From Candidatus Marinacidobacterales bacterium (GTDB taxonomy: Bacteria; Acidobacteriota; Vicinamibacteria; Marinacidobacterales; DATDRI01): a stretch of DNA of 64,000 nt. The position numbers and the translations under genes are program-made. Below the pieces are notes generated by a model. The model was not told the origin of the DNA. It ran no database searches and worked only from the letters and a program-made list of their open reading frames with translations. The DNA lies in contig CBDCNP010000001.1 of NCBI GenBank assembly GCA_965219415.1, forward strand, positions 220,251-284,250, given 5' to 3'. Of the stretch, positions 63,771-64,000 are shown piece after piece (position 1 is the stretch's first letter; each line of letters starts with the position of its first letter).

Positions 63771-64000
63771 ATGAAAATCGAAACGATTAATCCAGAAGTT
63801 TTGCATGAGCCCTTCGACAATCTCTATGCGCAGATCGTGCGGTGCGAGGGGAAGCGATTTTATCGAATCTCGGGGCAGGTGGCGGTTGGGCTTGGTCGGG
63901 AAAACGTTGGCAAGGGGGACATGAAACGCCAGCTCGAGTTCGTTTACGACATGGCCAGCAAAGCCTTGGAATCGGTCGACCTCACCTGGACAACGTTATT
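63771..64000 (+). CDS. Rid (YjgF/RidA superfamily) protein, partial
   Basis: Manual translation MKIETINPEVLHEPFDNLYAQIV..ISGQV..GDMKRQ. Confidence 0.75.
   Translation, partial: MKIETINPEVLHEPFDNLYAQIVRCEGKRFYRISGQVAVGLGRENVGKGDMKRQLEFVYDMASKALESVDLTWTTL

Overview
GC-rich bacterial chromosome window, probably Acidobacteriota-like (inference from the Oar-type TonB receptor, sulfatase-like/TPR proteins and gene content). 1-28.2 kb is mostly core genome: HxlR regulator, rnpB, sulfatase-like proteins, NtrX-like regulator, HtrA, polyprenyl synthase, yajQ, TatD, MetG tRNA-binding domain, larC, radC, cobB, truncated CpdB, aldo-keto reductase, SSS transporter, selB, DsbA, PqqB-like hydrolase, rnr and tRNA-Leu(CAG). 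Right after the tRNA is an accessory region. It starts with a MerR-regulated, Cys-rich metal operon containing a cryptic selenoprotein: in-frame TGA in a T-U-P-V-C motif plus a SECIS-like hairpin, split into two ORFs by the ORF track. It continues with IS256, IS3, IS5 and IS110 remnants, a PEP-CTERM-like gene next to a dockerin gene, actP, an arginase-Lrp-LysE operon, three families of non-coding repeats and a bioD-bioA fusion split by IS110. The window ends with four paralogous PA-M28 modules that all carry His in place of the catalytic Glu, divergent from a TonB receptor and a Rid gene. About 20 frameshifts and several microhomology junctions suggest noisy or chimeric sequence, so pseudogene calls are tentative.
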